The notes beneath the pieces are model-generated. The model made no database searches. It worked only from the letters and a program-made list of their open reading frames with translations, and was not told the origin of the DNA. The translations under genes and the position numbers were made by a program. A stretch of DNA of 64,000 nucleotides from a virus, in IMG/VR virus record IMGVR_UViG_3300043540_000321, positions 32,001 to 96,000 of that record; one strand, 5' to 3'. Position 1 is the stretch's first letter; every line of letters starts with the position of its first letter. Positions 31,501-37,314 of this stretch are shown in pieces.

Positions 31501-33614
31501 AGACCAACGGTCTCTTCCACCCGCCTGACAGCAGCCTGATACATCCGATGGTGAGAGACCCCGACATCGTAAGGATTGAACAGCTCTAGGAACTGACTGG
31601 TCAGAGACCCAAAGCGGGCAGTGTCGAACCGCCGCATCTGTGTCATCCAGGAAAAGAGCCCTTCTTCAGATAGCTTGATGCTGGTCAGACGACCTTCGTG
31701 CGTCTTAGCTACCCGTGATAGGTCGATCTTGCGAACGTCGTTCTCAATGATGGCCGCATAGAGTTTATCAGCGAAGTTATCGTGGCGAATTTCTGGGTCT
31801 TTGATTACCTCCGAGATAGCTCCGCCGATCGCGTCTCCAAAAGTCAACGATTGAAGACGAGGTAGAGCCTTGGTCAGCTCTGACCCCATCCAATTTCGAG
31901 CGGTAATATCTTGGGGCAGGGTGATCAGTAGATTGAAGTAGTCCGCCTCGAACGCCGCCTTAAGGTACTGTACTGGAAGGTTCACCCCGACATAGAAGGC
32001 TGTCGTCTTGGCTACCCCGGCTACCGTCGCATAGAGCTGCGTCGCCATCTTCTCAGCCGGACCGGCCCCAGGGGCAGCCTGGTACTGAGTCCCCATCATT
32101 CGGTTGACAGACCCCCGGTCTTTCTTCTCCTGCTCCTTTCGCTTTTCACGGTACTCATCGAAACCTAGCGCCCAGTCGATGAAACGACCCGCTCCAGTTA
32201 CAGCCGAGCCGATGAACCCGAAACCATTCTGGTAAGCATTAGCTCCAAAAACTTTATTAATTAAGTAACCCAACCCGGGCTGAGAAATTTCTTTGTCCAT
32301 CTGTAAGATGGCACCTGGCACCTTTAGCTCCCCGGTTCTGGCTCGGTACAAGTCAGCGTAGATGCTCACCTTTGGAAGGTGTTTAGCTCCCAAAAATCGT
32401 GTGAAGAACTCCTGGTCCATCACCGTTGGGAAGTAAGGCATCTCTGGCTCCAGACCCTTGTTCTGCGATCGTTTGGTCGCATAGTTCGTGATAGGGTCAG
32501 AAGTGGGAGACATCACCTTGTACAGCTCGCCGCTCCCGAGTAAATACATTCGGCGCTCGATACCATTCATCGGTTGGGCATCGCCGCGAGCGTGATACTC
32601 AATCAGTTGGTAGTCCTTCTCCATAGAGCCTAAGTAGCCCTGGAGTTGCCGAGCCAGCTCCGGATTATTAAGAGCCAGCAGGAGGTCTACAGACCTGTCC
32701 TGTGTAGCAGCAGAGGTAAAGTTGTGTGAGCCCAGGAAGAGGGTGCCTCTATCTCTTCCGACGATAGATAAAGCCTTTGTGTGGAGGAGTAGAGGGTCCT
32801 GCGCCTTAGGCATCACCACTTTAATGCCGGCTGCCGACAGTTGACTCATCGCCACCCGGTGCGTCCATGTATCTGTGGTTGCTCGAGGGTATTTACTGTC
32901 GGGGTTAGAAGTGATGACTGTAACGTTAGCCCCTTTCTTCCGGGCCTCAATTAAAGACGCTACGATCTTGGGGTCGTCCAGGTACGGACCTGAAATCGTT
33001 ACCGACTCTCCTCGTTTGGTTCTTAATAAATTTGCAACAACGACATCGGTAGCCTGCCCACCGACCAGGACATTCCGGTGAGAGTACGGAATTTCTCCTT
33101 TAAGTGCTGTTGCCTGAACCTCTGCCAAACTCCTTACAGTTTGTGGGTCGCGGATGGCGACGGTTAGGTTGGTTTCAAAGACTTCCTTGGACGCGGACGC
33201 CCCGATTTGCCGAATGCGTTCGCGCAGATCTCTAGGAGCTTGAGCCAGACCGTATTTTGAGAGGTTCCCGGTAGAGATAAAAGCGACCGGGTCGCCTTCT
33301 GATGTCGCCACATAAGTTTTCATGTGGATACGACGCTGTTGTGAAGGGTCGGAGTAAAGCTCGATACCAACTCCTCTTTGAGCTTCCTCTCGCGCAAAGG
33401 CTAAAGTGCGGTCGCCTTCCTCCGTCTGGTTACCAAAATTGACAACCAGTCTACCAGCGGCAGGATTGAGTAGATTCCGATCGTAGGGGACAGAGTAGAG
33501 AGTCGCGGTCATCGAGCCGCGGTCGGCCATAGACAAAAAACGCCGAGTCTCTTCCCCGGCGTCATCACTTAACGCGAAGCGACGAAAACGGTCTCTCTCG
33601 TTTAAGGTCTCCAT
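19512..33614 (-). CDS. Giant (4,700 aa) polyvalent virion protein / tape-measure-like: PLD(2xHKD) - helical/Gly-zipper - HExxH peptidase - 8x32-aa repeats - M23 peptidase - lambda-type lysozyme
   Basis: HMK..STGN (aa ~97) and HTK..GSHN (aa ~278); FHEMSHA (aa ~3029); VPSPVEGKV...VLH...GSTG...HVHLE (M23); AFLDMIGYSEG..YN..FTG..F..F.DHPR...AAGRYQF...W...FSPASQD...WASFP (lambda R-type); many GxxxG-rich hydrophobic segments. Confidence 0.85.
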   Translation of the reverse strand: METLNERDRFRRFALSDDAGEETRRFLSMADRGSMTATLYSVPYDRNLLNPAAGRLVVNFGNQTEEGDRTLAFAREEAQRGVGIELYSDPSQQRRIHMKTYVATSEGDPVAFISTGNLSKYGLAQAPRDLRERIRQIGASASKEVFETNLTVAIRDPQTVRSLAEVQATALKGEIPYSHRNVLVGGQATDVVVANLLRTKRGESVTISGPYLDDPKIVASLIEARKKGANVTVITSNPDSKYPRATTDTWTHRVAMSQLSAAGIKVVMPKAQDPLLLHTKALSIVGRDRGTLFLGSHNFTSAATQDRSVDLLLALNNPELARQLQGYLGSMEKDYQLIEYHARGDAQPMNGIERRMYLLGSGELYKVMSPTSDPITNYATKRSQNKGLEPEMPYFPTVMDQEFFTRFLGAKHLPKVSIYADLYRARTGELKVPGAILQMDKEISQPGLGYLINKVFGANAYQNGFGFIGSAVTGAGRFIDWALGFDEYREKRKEQEKKDRGSVNRMMGTQYQAAPGAGPAEKMATQLYATVAGVAKTTAFYVGVNLPVQYLKAAFEADYFNLLITLPQDITARNWMGSELTKALPRLQSLTFGDAIGGAISEVIKDPEIRHDNFADKLYAAIIENDVRKIDLSRVAKTHEGRLTSIKLSEEGLFSWMTQMRRFDTARFGSLTSQFLELFNPYDVGVSHHRMYQAAVRRVEETVGLMPLIEFQQRPDNPNVYTPVFRNVGTERVRQIARSYDEVAALLPANIAYWTPPLRRVLGLEDFDPRHHMTVRDMMSFEDAVKWTEYFYQRVGKFISSPAENVKKVVKAWRNEQQIARIERSLLQGMVQTPVASVPPLASTAEESLVQLYEHSAQTYQSRTAEIEGLLQDSRFHEYRNTLVEQRQLLEQSPFHALDVTFAASENPYKTVDTPAGRRVGQVRRTLTTVGMIIVADQFLDDLLLKPLGANLITQIRARQALDTDDGTVAKFQFSGVLPRWMTAGVQLGAGLTTGLLLPSFVDVGDRPGGFIDRLDSLRGFQKDLTARQREIADAAEGPILESTRVITSREKSSQIRAVYRTLQESFSSTMMRRTALRFNMQAALVGAFVAGIAAKGVAMGTAYLLNLAYNRESSFQVGSTDAMLSSRFEYLSVRGLERARSMGDYVNSAMGLFLARQYLRPDSSGHRVYSVVSQITTPFFQIPAVVRFDTQKKKAQLSIGLQSMHALGLGFTPILPFAIQLRKTDDNDPYYFQRKYGGRQLLMSVIRGGISTLTFGSGLVYDKDSMMEKGMEFVGLTTLLSMGAERFARGYQRLLRTHESSSAIVRHLTDLEENTRALRAVIGGAAMLSNQAIRSVYSLAPSVVHSTVTSALSVFKTEATEKIPEIKTPRFVRKLAPYYLALMMSRLMSDPQGDYVGKDFEDPLVQVQATLGAGLLTGFLLDKTGVFASSKDLAAEFHRVKGVDTQSLVQGWIPKAVARNEHAEQEIRAVLERMERISAEGSRQLWVPSRRLLAQASGETLWQEAVERYARPEYRGLEEKAPLYMTEEMARLPGGKFRSMSARIAIAGTVLFGVKAAAFTIANSFSSDRLRALYKVPLVGPTIRLLAGVEPEKDKLEPTEHGVRQADAPRGLIGLVNRFVKTLSFGTIDLSKALGFYTNPEDPFINSIGPFGASFKPKRTSTYIQYASAFTDISASGYDMLAGRVSEDLLKRTIDVFANRRPQSVAEALALVRGATPRQKHMEIRDLTGYDLEAARQSTGLIRAVKYRHFLMQHLAAQRPSELMFDLMKEGMTFGLMGHSAIPGYRLPPTGYRPMGFLKNVTFTIQQNNLESGAMKALDPELSIMSWYGTTEWKHRAVNQGFSALRIGYDISSLKGYSYLTIPIQLVLLASAAYAGVGVIGGLAASQTYNELKELTHKSRLNRGRPVSPLTRYAFTSGRLPSGRPAAFQVDQLNPLGGLYRLPLDIEETATRTGATPLSITVGITEAYRSLHSGLNQIFTENYSKRLASLVKLASEGPLDEVQKELFKQQFVEDIQKHIDKSMRVEVVPGTTLFQSIIGAGDQHLNQAIDLFTQEMEGFSQSAITDVLTRLDEEAAVGIDSFKTTLKLNVALEQNEAFQHLLLKLQRPIVGTYDLRAERSAYGRIARLDTENTIRAVKRTPRAEVGLSSEVRRQMGDYVQRPWSEGAVTTTLKAGKGLASGVAWWTANGRSAYEVIEAAGVMMGGATQSTYLRQKAGEQFVSSSFSWATAVGLAEVAMGIGASPLLAMAAAVGGLVAFDALKQKSGSIRSVETNLVEGLGNLLAFPVKTVASVFRPLGLERPVRQLGNLLAAPFSFLGRILTAPVRAFTENISGPLIQDQTFGMVRDPIPIQMVKGFFLPQSVYSNFSFNEGTESSLGGQSPFMSGNITMVMKKRQVEALQSAMRINPMIEKQLVYGDYIGFEDSESEKLAYKKYFHGTGGRVWSDFALHRTRVSRTLMMALERRQALFNVLVTTQAIARQPPPVDLSLLSHIYGGAATLRAYRSVSNLNPFEELQKDISTVRNTIGDWHDDATRFINARIQPFSGAVSRLAVPLQQLRRNLLAATLRAGRRLSRSIPLPSLPELAFLEKLKGFRINLPAFSIPHSLTDRALDLGLWGLEGMSSLLQLGRGAASRLRQAIAPRIVGGVTRAASWLSGILSFARPVSESVGTARAKADPVLRFINNIPARADYPMDNLDRYLRRLIGLSQEMMEPLKKVLSFGMRRGLDRGIGTLMTSLPKVPIGPILLSRLELLIAQQTDYRLSSLGRGSSYKEYRETYREVGMSLGGYTAGAAALSLVERPLPALIASALGSFVGGWAGENLALGDYRRKDKNPVLNYLKQSALVGSLSTLTQLPKLLSIARAQGLRAAAMRGAANFALSSAFGLFTGPTTQLSLTGMTMDSYDWVQRNQRMIRSSVKKTLSFFQALPDLFSLLFRGRVSSTISQAARESVVSLKEEFQTGLGLNRTALSGTPVSFDGSPFQIEGMYNLQEGSVTLSKASESVLGRMRAGKFVRPSAVTRAIFDAFHEMSHAIEFQRTLPKLNIDDLQVIAYETGTETNRLQDIVERVSKSSAMRTLDEFKFGQDILQEMLRDEISANVRALGAFSATHRDQFEGLTNTLDRETRIDDIAHRYSILMETLPPQEGLRPPVRYRGRPLIGGMIEDIQTRSGETLRGLLTEQQRFRSLGSIAENAFVALDFMLGIHSVHKFETTVQTIQQAKIRGSFNRLQAQRELAEARDEQMGVMFGSIAGNFAAFFSGRWWTGLAAGLTVGVLSRFGFFGLSSWISAQDLKDLDNGNYVYNPMQSSSVYIRLNRSFEKEATVGQFLTGRVRQALRPLVSKTLRYLAEAGPKITRVVSQLTAIAASALPVLTGVISSGLSAIASGTQFLLKGWDWNIRLRPDAVAQVHRAFDATRRFAHGLFQGWDWNIRLRPEAIRQMRQAYQTSRLMLQRGAQYLSESWSWVSNLHLFQGGTGFIKKLFEGFSWNVQFRQEALNQIGRAFQTSRSFVGSLFEGWDWKVRFRQDAIDQIGRGFRASGQFVKGLFEGWDWSIKFRSGAVSQIRRAFNVSQRFIGGLLSGASDWAGSMLNVSRHLFDGFSWNIKFRSEAVDQIRRAFQFLNRPTGLLGLTRRLFDGFSWNIKFRQEAIDQIRQTFSMARDFGRSLFEGFSWNIKFRQEALDQIRGAYETAKTIPGRVSTWALDHMEGIAQKFRLLPSHLIKGFGWLKRVLTRANHFIGQAVEKGLDQVVLRMSRLAPKMSEYVLTHGYREGILSAIAPVVDLTTLGGGALKALRLNKTSSLTDVEEAYAQMGGAKGSLVGSILGVFSGGVLGDISGSILGQVGGAEEAVRVARMRYEAKDYGAVPILEDILEPGLKQAALAKEAGQAIGFRVSTLTERYLAAANVRVLSGSASLMDRIATSASRTYAGALTRASEAAQARFLRVFGKSAPEVGELAAKFAKPAGFLARGAGHVLRFAGPIIDIWRIGSGVQKAQTARSEVEYKVALRRTTGGIGSLGGGIIGGSLAGPIAAIAGSLIGDYTFSKIGEKLGSEAFARRVGAKTVVRNQLLGGIGGAVLGGLAAAGLVAAGIVSAPILLLAGVGIGAGLLIGSLAGSFSSFLGTKDLRHTKREGLSYMPVHEASMGLTNPEIQKIIRAQPSRDSWIRKKEPPASTGLMGLLRSVGDGFKNLWWNAEKFARDALTKLNNVAKGLMNTTAKVREGLSNALVDLKDQVSSAFTDSVDGVGRLTPYTVWSLGGRRYGEGIARSAEELRPHWEGTGGYVRYRMDHGKLKSYLDNGQRVVDIQLNRGSSTNVPVPSPVEGKVIFAGFVGELGMIKIQDASGAVTRVLHNKTIEVKAGQTVRFGQRLGIQGSTGETSTAVHVHLETSEALLQRYMKALVSGDFGSRKGNVGATNISAARRAFLDMIGYSEGADYNVMFTGRRFSNFADHPRTVMSGGGIRSDAAGRYQFMSFTWDDARKALGLKDFSPASQDKAALWLIQQQGALADIDAGRINVAMRKLRSVWASFPDAPYGQPTRRASELLQYYWRAFSRYAKPTQPSLGQAAQKANENQPKRPEKTTRLKAAAQTVDRHLLALAANPTVPPVATAAKVVQFTRDKVKAAQQRLNELKRQAVAIRPNTQYQYKTQDGIIKEAKVRATVEQRDNKTVIRVATETSYLKSWESATGLPKQSDYITAVG
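22548..23446 (-). repeat. Eight in-frame ~32-aa (96-bp) repeats LFEG(W/F)(D/S)WN(I/V)(K/R)FRQEAIDQIRRAF within the giant protein
   Basis: Directly visible in protein and DNA (e.g. aacttaatgttccaact recurs); spacers of variable length between some copies. Confidence 0.9.
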
Positions 33615-34240
33615 CGTCTATACGTCTTCTCCGGCTGAGAAATCAGGTCGGCCAGGGTTGCCGCTGCTCGATAGATCACTTCATATTGGGTTCCATTATC
33701 AGGAGGATTGTCGATCCACTTGATGTACTGGTTATCGATGAGTTGCCAGGTACCGGAGTGTCCGATCGCTAGGATTTCAAAGACGGCACCCTGAGTCAGG
33801 ATACAGTCCATGCCCGCGTTGTCGTCATGGATAAGTGTTGTCTTCGTTACACTAGGCACGATCGGCACCGTCCAGGTCATCGTCTCGATGGGAACATGCA
33901 CATTCCGCCCCTGACAGATCTCCACTGTGTAGTAGCTCGACGGAATAAAGACTTCAGAGGGGACGAGCTGCATTTTCACAATCCCATTAGATGGAATGTG
34001 GACAATCGAGGTCGCGGGCAAAACTTGCTCCATCCCCGGCAATCTGGTCGTCGGGTTCTTAATTCTCAAGTAGTAGGGAATATCCTTTCGCTCAGGCTCA
34101 ACAATAGACCCGTCATCCCCAACCAACTGAATCGCCGGTACGAACTTGGCGATTATGGGCGTATATCCAAATCGATAAAGGAATGGAGTAATCCCATACG
34201 GTCTATAAACATCTGGTGGAATCGGGTAAGAGTAGGTCAT
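33602..34240 (-). CDS. Hypothetical beta-rich protein (212 aa) between TerL and the giant protein
   Basis: Overlaps both neighbours (translational coupling). Confidence 0.6.
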   Translation of the reverse strand: MTYSYPIPPDVYRPYGITPFLYRFGYTPIIAKFVPAIQLVGDDGSIVEPERKDIPYYLRIKNPTTRLPGMEQVLPATSIVHIPSNGIVKMQLVPSEVFIPSSYYTVEICQGRNVHVPIETMTWTVPIVPSVTKTTLIHDDNAGMDCILTQGAVFEILAIGHSGTWQLIDNQYIKWIDNPPDNGTQYEVIYRAAATLADLISQPEKTYRRWRP

Positions 34241-36051
34241 AGTCCAAAGTCATAAGGGTCTGTGTAGAAGTTTGATCCGCCTCGCGGTTTCCTGAAGTTG
34301 CGCCGACGGGCAGCGATCGCCGCATTTAACTTCTCTCTCGCTTGTGGTTGCATTCCGTAACGCTCATTAAGGAGGTGGGCTGTTTTCGATGAGCGAGCCG
34401 CTCGCGTGACCTGAACTCCCTGCCCGATCATCCCGGCGGCCTGGTCTCGCATAATGCGATCGCACAGCGTCCAGCAGACAGAGACAATCGCATCCGCCAT
34501 ATCCTTACTACCGCCCGGAGCATGATCTATCTTCATCCCTCTAATGAGGCGAACGGTGACCAATTCTGACAATGCTACTGAGCTGAACGGTGAGTCAGCC
34601 GGTAGGATCAACCGCCCTTCATGCAGAAGAGTTCGAGCAAGCGAGTACATTGAGTACTGCAGCCGGTTGGAGAAAAACCGGGCCTCTGCCGGTATTCCGT
34701 GCTGCCGAACCCGTTGCATGGTCTCCGCACTGTTATAGTGGTCGGCTGAGACGAACTGGAGCGGGCGCTTCTCGTGAATGCCCAGGATGACATCTAGAAC
34801 ATTGGTGATGCTGACCTGAGCCTGGTAAGTAGGCTCCCACGCTATTAGACCGTCGATCACGACAATCTGCAGGTCATTGTCATTAAACTCGTTGTGCCCG
34901 AACGCAAGAGCATAGGCATCTGTATTAATGCTGGGGTCGAGGTGGGCCACGGACAGAACAGTTGCTTTCTCAATCGAGATAATGCGGTTCTTAACCAGGT
35001 TGTACCCACCCTCCTCTTCGATGTAGGTCTCAGTGTTGATGCGGTTGGCTCCTCGGAATCCCGCCTGGACTTCTTCGGTATTAAAGAAGGGATTCTCAAC
35101 AGGCTTCCGCAGACCTTCAAATTCTAGAGCAGCCTGTGCCGGGTCAGTTGCATATTCTGAAGCGACCACTGGGTTGTCGCGGGCCGCGTGGATGGGGTTG
35201 ACATCCCACGAGCGCAGACGAAATCCGAGGGATATCGCGTCCAGTTCCGATGCGGCGTACAATCTCTGGATCGCATCGCCCTCATACCAGGCAGAGGACA
35301 ATGCGATCCGCATTGCATCTTCTTTGAAGGTTGTGGTGGCAATACCCAGGTTGCTCCACAGCTCCATCGCGTTGGAGTTCCCATCGGTATCTCGGAAGCG
35401 GGCAGCCTCGTCCAGAACCAGAGCTTTAACCGTACCTCCAACCTGTGCTGAGGACTGGCTGTTACCGGAGTAGATGTAGAGGAGTTTCTCCTCCAGCGAG
35501 ATATACTCCTTTCCGATGAAGAGCTTACCTTGCTCTTGTAGTCGCTTAAAGTATTTGCCATCCCGAATCACACCGCAGACAGCATTGAAAATAGTCCGTT
35601 TCCCCTGAGTCGCCGTTGTGGCGAGCACAATAATAGAGATGGAGGTTGACCGAGCGATACCGTAGTACTCCTGGGGAGACTTCAGCCGACAGAGCTTATA
35701 GAACTCGTAGGCGATGATGATACTCGCGATGGTCGATTTTCCGCTCCGTCGTCCCGACTCAAGGACAAGAAACTGATAGCGCTGTCCGGGTTCCCAGGTT
35801 GTTCGCTTCTGAGATTTCCAATACTCAACGACGGACATCTCTTCGTCCGTCAGCTCGAGGTTGTAGTAGGTCTTCAGAATTGTTCGCTGCTGAAGCGTCA
35901 GCTCAATCCCCAAGTCCAGCTCGTATTTAATAAAGTCGAGGATGTTATAGATACCATCCGCCGACTCGTCAATCTTTTCAGATAGGTCATGAACGAAGTC
36001 TGAAAAGATGTTACCGAAACTGAGTTCCTGATTAGACTTACGTGGCGGCAT
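34237..36051 (-). CDS. terL: Terminase large subunit
   Basis: ESGRRSGKS Walker A, LVLDEAARF Walker B, AHLDPS..DAYALA and SKDMADA RNase H-like nuclease acidic residues; strong GGGGAG SD. Confidence 0.9.
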   Translation of the reverse strand: MPPRKSNQELSFGNIFSDFVHDLSEKIDESADGIYNILDFIKYELDLGIELTLQQRTILKTYYNLELTDEEMSVVEYWKSQKRTTWEPGQRYQFLVLESGRRSGKSTIASIIIAYEFYKLCRLKSPQEYYGIARSTSISIIVLATTATQGKRTIFNAVCGVIRDGKYFKRLQEQGKLFIGKEYISLEEKLLYIYSGNSQSSAQVGGTVKALVLDEAARFRDTDGNSNAMELWSNLGIATTTFKEDAMRIALSSAWYEGDAIQRLYAASELDAISLGFRLRSWDVNPIHAARDNPVVASEYATDPAQAALEFEGLRKPVENPFFNTEEVQAGFRGANRINTETYIEEEGGYNLVKNRIISIEKATVLSVAHLDPSINTDAYALAFGHNEFNDNDLQIVVIDGLIAWEPTYQAQVSITNVLDVILGIHEKRPLQFVSADHYNSAETMQRVRQHGIPAEARFFSNRLQYSMYSLARTLLHEGRLILPADSPFSSVALSELVTVRLIRGMKIDHAPGGSKDMADAIVSVCWTLCDRIMRDQAAGMIGQGVQVTRAARSSKTAHLLNERYGMQPQAREKLNAAIAARRRNFRKPRGGSNFYTDPYDFGL

Positions 36052-36060
36052 CTCTCCCCC

Positions 36061-36702
36061 TTACATAGAGACTGCCGACTTCGCAAGGTAGATAGTGTAG
36101 TGGAAAGTCGTCTTTGGACTAACGTTGGACAGGACTAGAAAAAGGTTGCTCCCCTTCAAAAAACTGGCCCGTTCAACAACGGACTCATCATTAATTCGAG
36201 GAGAGCAGTCGAGTGCGCCAGAGCTACACATTGTAGAGACCTGAAAGAGAATGCCGTCCCACGGAATATTCAGCGCGATGGGATAGGCGACCGCCTGAGG
36301 GTTGATAATAGTTCCCGATAGAATCTCGCTATCGTACGTCGGAATCTGCCCGCCAAAGGTCAAGTCAGAAACACCCTGAGTCCTGACAAGAGGGTCTCCC
36401 TCTTGTACTTGTAAGAGGTCAATTTTCCTACCGCTGAAGCTCAACTCAACTTCTACAGCACTAGAGAGGGCGGGGTTAGATAGTAAGATCTCGGACTGAG
36501 TCAACTGGAGAACGTAGGTGTCGGGCGGAAAGAGTTCCGTCTTCTCCAGCAGGTCTCCGGACGAGATTCCATAGGACAGAAAGTCTCTGTTAATAGATGT
36601 TCCCGTGAGAGTAACTTCGCCAAAGTCGGGCACCCCAGAACTTCCTTGCTCTATCAAGGGAGCTTTCGATTTTGAAGTGGCCTTCGGTCTGGCTTTCCGC
36701 AT
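36061..36702 (-). CDS. Hypothetical virion-associated protein (213 aa)
   Basis: Beta-rich ORF in the structural operon. Confidence 0.5.
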   Translation of the reverse strand: MRKARPKATSKSKAPLIEQGSSGVPDFGEVTLTGTSINRDFLSYGISSGDLLEKTELFPPDTYVLQLTQSEILLSNPALSSAVEVELSFSGRKIDLLQVQEGDPLVRTQGVSDLTFGGQIPTYDSEILSGTIINPQAVAYPIALNIPWDGILFQVSTMCSSGALDCSPRINDESVVERASFLKGSNLFLVLSNVSPKTTFHYTIYLAKSAVSM

Positions 36703-36710
36703 ACCTGTGT

Positions 36711-37100
36711 TTAGAGTTCTGTAAGAACGATTTGACCCGGAGCAATCGTAAAGATGTCTCCCGCGCTCAGGGTTTTAGTGAGTGTCCACGCCCCTGTATA
36801 CAGAGGGTTTGCCGCATTGGTATTGCCGTCGAATAAAGCAAAGTACGAAATATTCCACGTCTGGCCGTTCGGTACCGCCGCCAGTTGAATGGAGTTTGTG
36901 TTGGAGACTTGGTTCCCTGCCCGAGTCCAAGATAAAATCTGGACTAGCGTGGTTATAGGGGAAGGTGAGGAATACGTTAAGTTAGCGCCCGGGTCTGAAC
37001 TGTAGAGAGCCAACCACCATTGGGTTGGCTGGGCGTAAGAAGAACCACCAAAGATATGATTGATCAGAGAGGTCCCCAGAAAATTGCTTTTTCCAGACAT
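36711..37100 (-). CDS. Conserved small phage tail-associated protein (SNYLE/ALFTADP-type family)
   Basis: KSNFLGTSLINHIFG..Y..P..WWLALYSSDP ... N...I ... FALFD ... GAWT..KT..AGD.F.I..G.I. Confidence 0.6.
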   Translation of the reverse strand: MSGKSNFLGTSLINHIFGGSSYAQPTQWWLALYSSDPGANLTYSSPSPITTLVQILSWTRAGNQVSNTNSIQLAAVPNGQTWNISYFALFDGNTNAANPLYTGAWTLTKTLSAGDIFTIAPGQIVLTEL

Positions 37101-37179
37101 AGCTTACGGAGAGTGCAAGTCTCTATAAGCCTAGAAAAGAAGCTATATAGAAAAGTAACCAAGCAAAAGACTCGAAACC

Positions 37180-37314
37180 ATGAGAACAGAGTACTTAGTC
37201 AACGGCAACTGGATTGGCTCAGAAGACTTGGTCACTGAGGCAGAAAAAGTCTTCGAGAAGTTATTACGGGAGCTCCCTGTTCGTTGGCTAATCGCAGCCA
37301 ACCAGACCAGTTAG
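37180..37314 (+). CDS. Small antisense-oriented ORF (44 aa) MRTEYLVNGNWIGSEDLVTEAEKVFEKLLRELPVRWLIAANQTS
   Basis: Fills a ~210-bp gap in the - strand operon, and its stop overlaps the convergent gene's stop (TTAG); below the track's size cut-off. Confidence 0.45.
   Translation: MRTEYLVNGNWIGSEDLVTEAEKVFEKLLRELPVRWLIAANQTS

Noticed and set aside
19512-33614. Giant protein as a virion RNA polymerase (N4/crAss-like)
   Set aside because: No DFDGD/DxDGD or recognisable T7-type polymerase motifs were seen; the termini are hydrolase domains.
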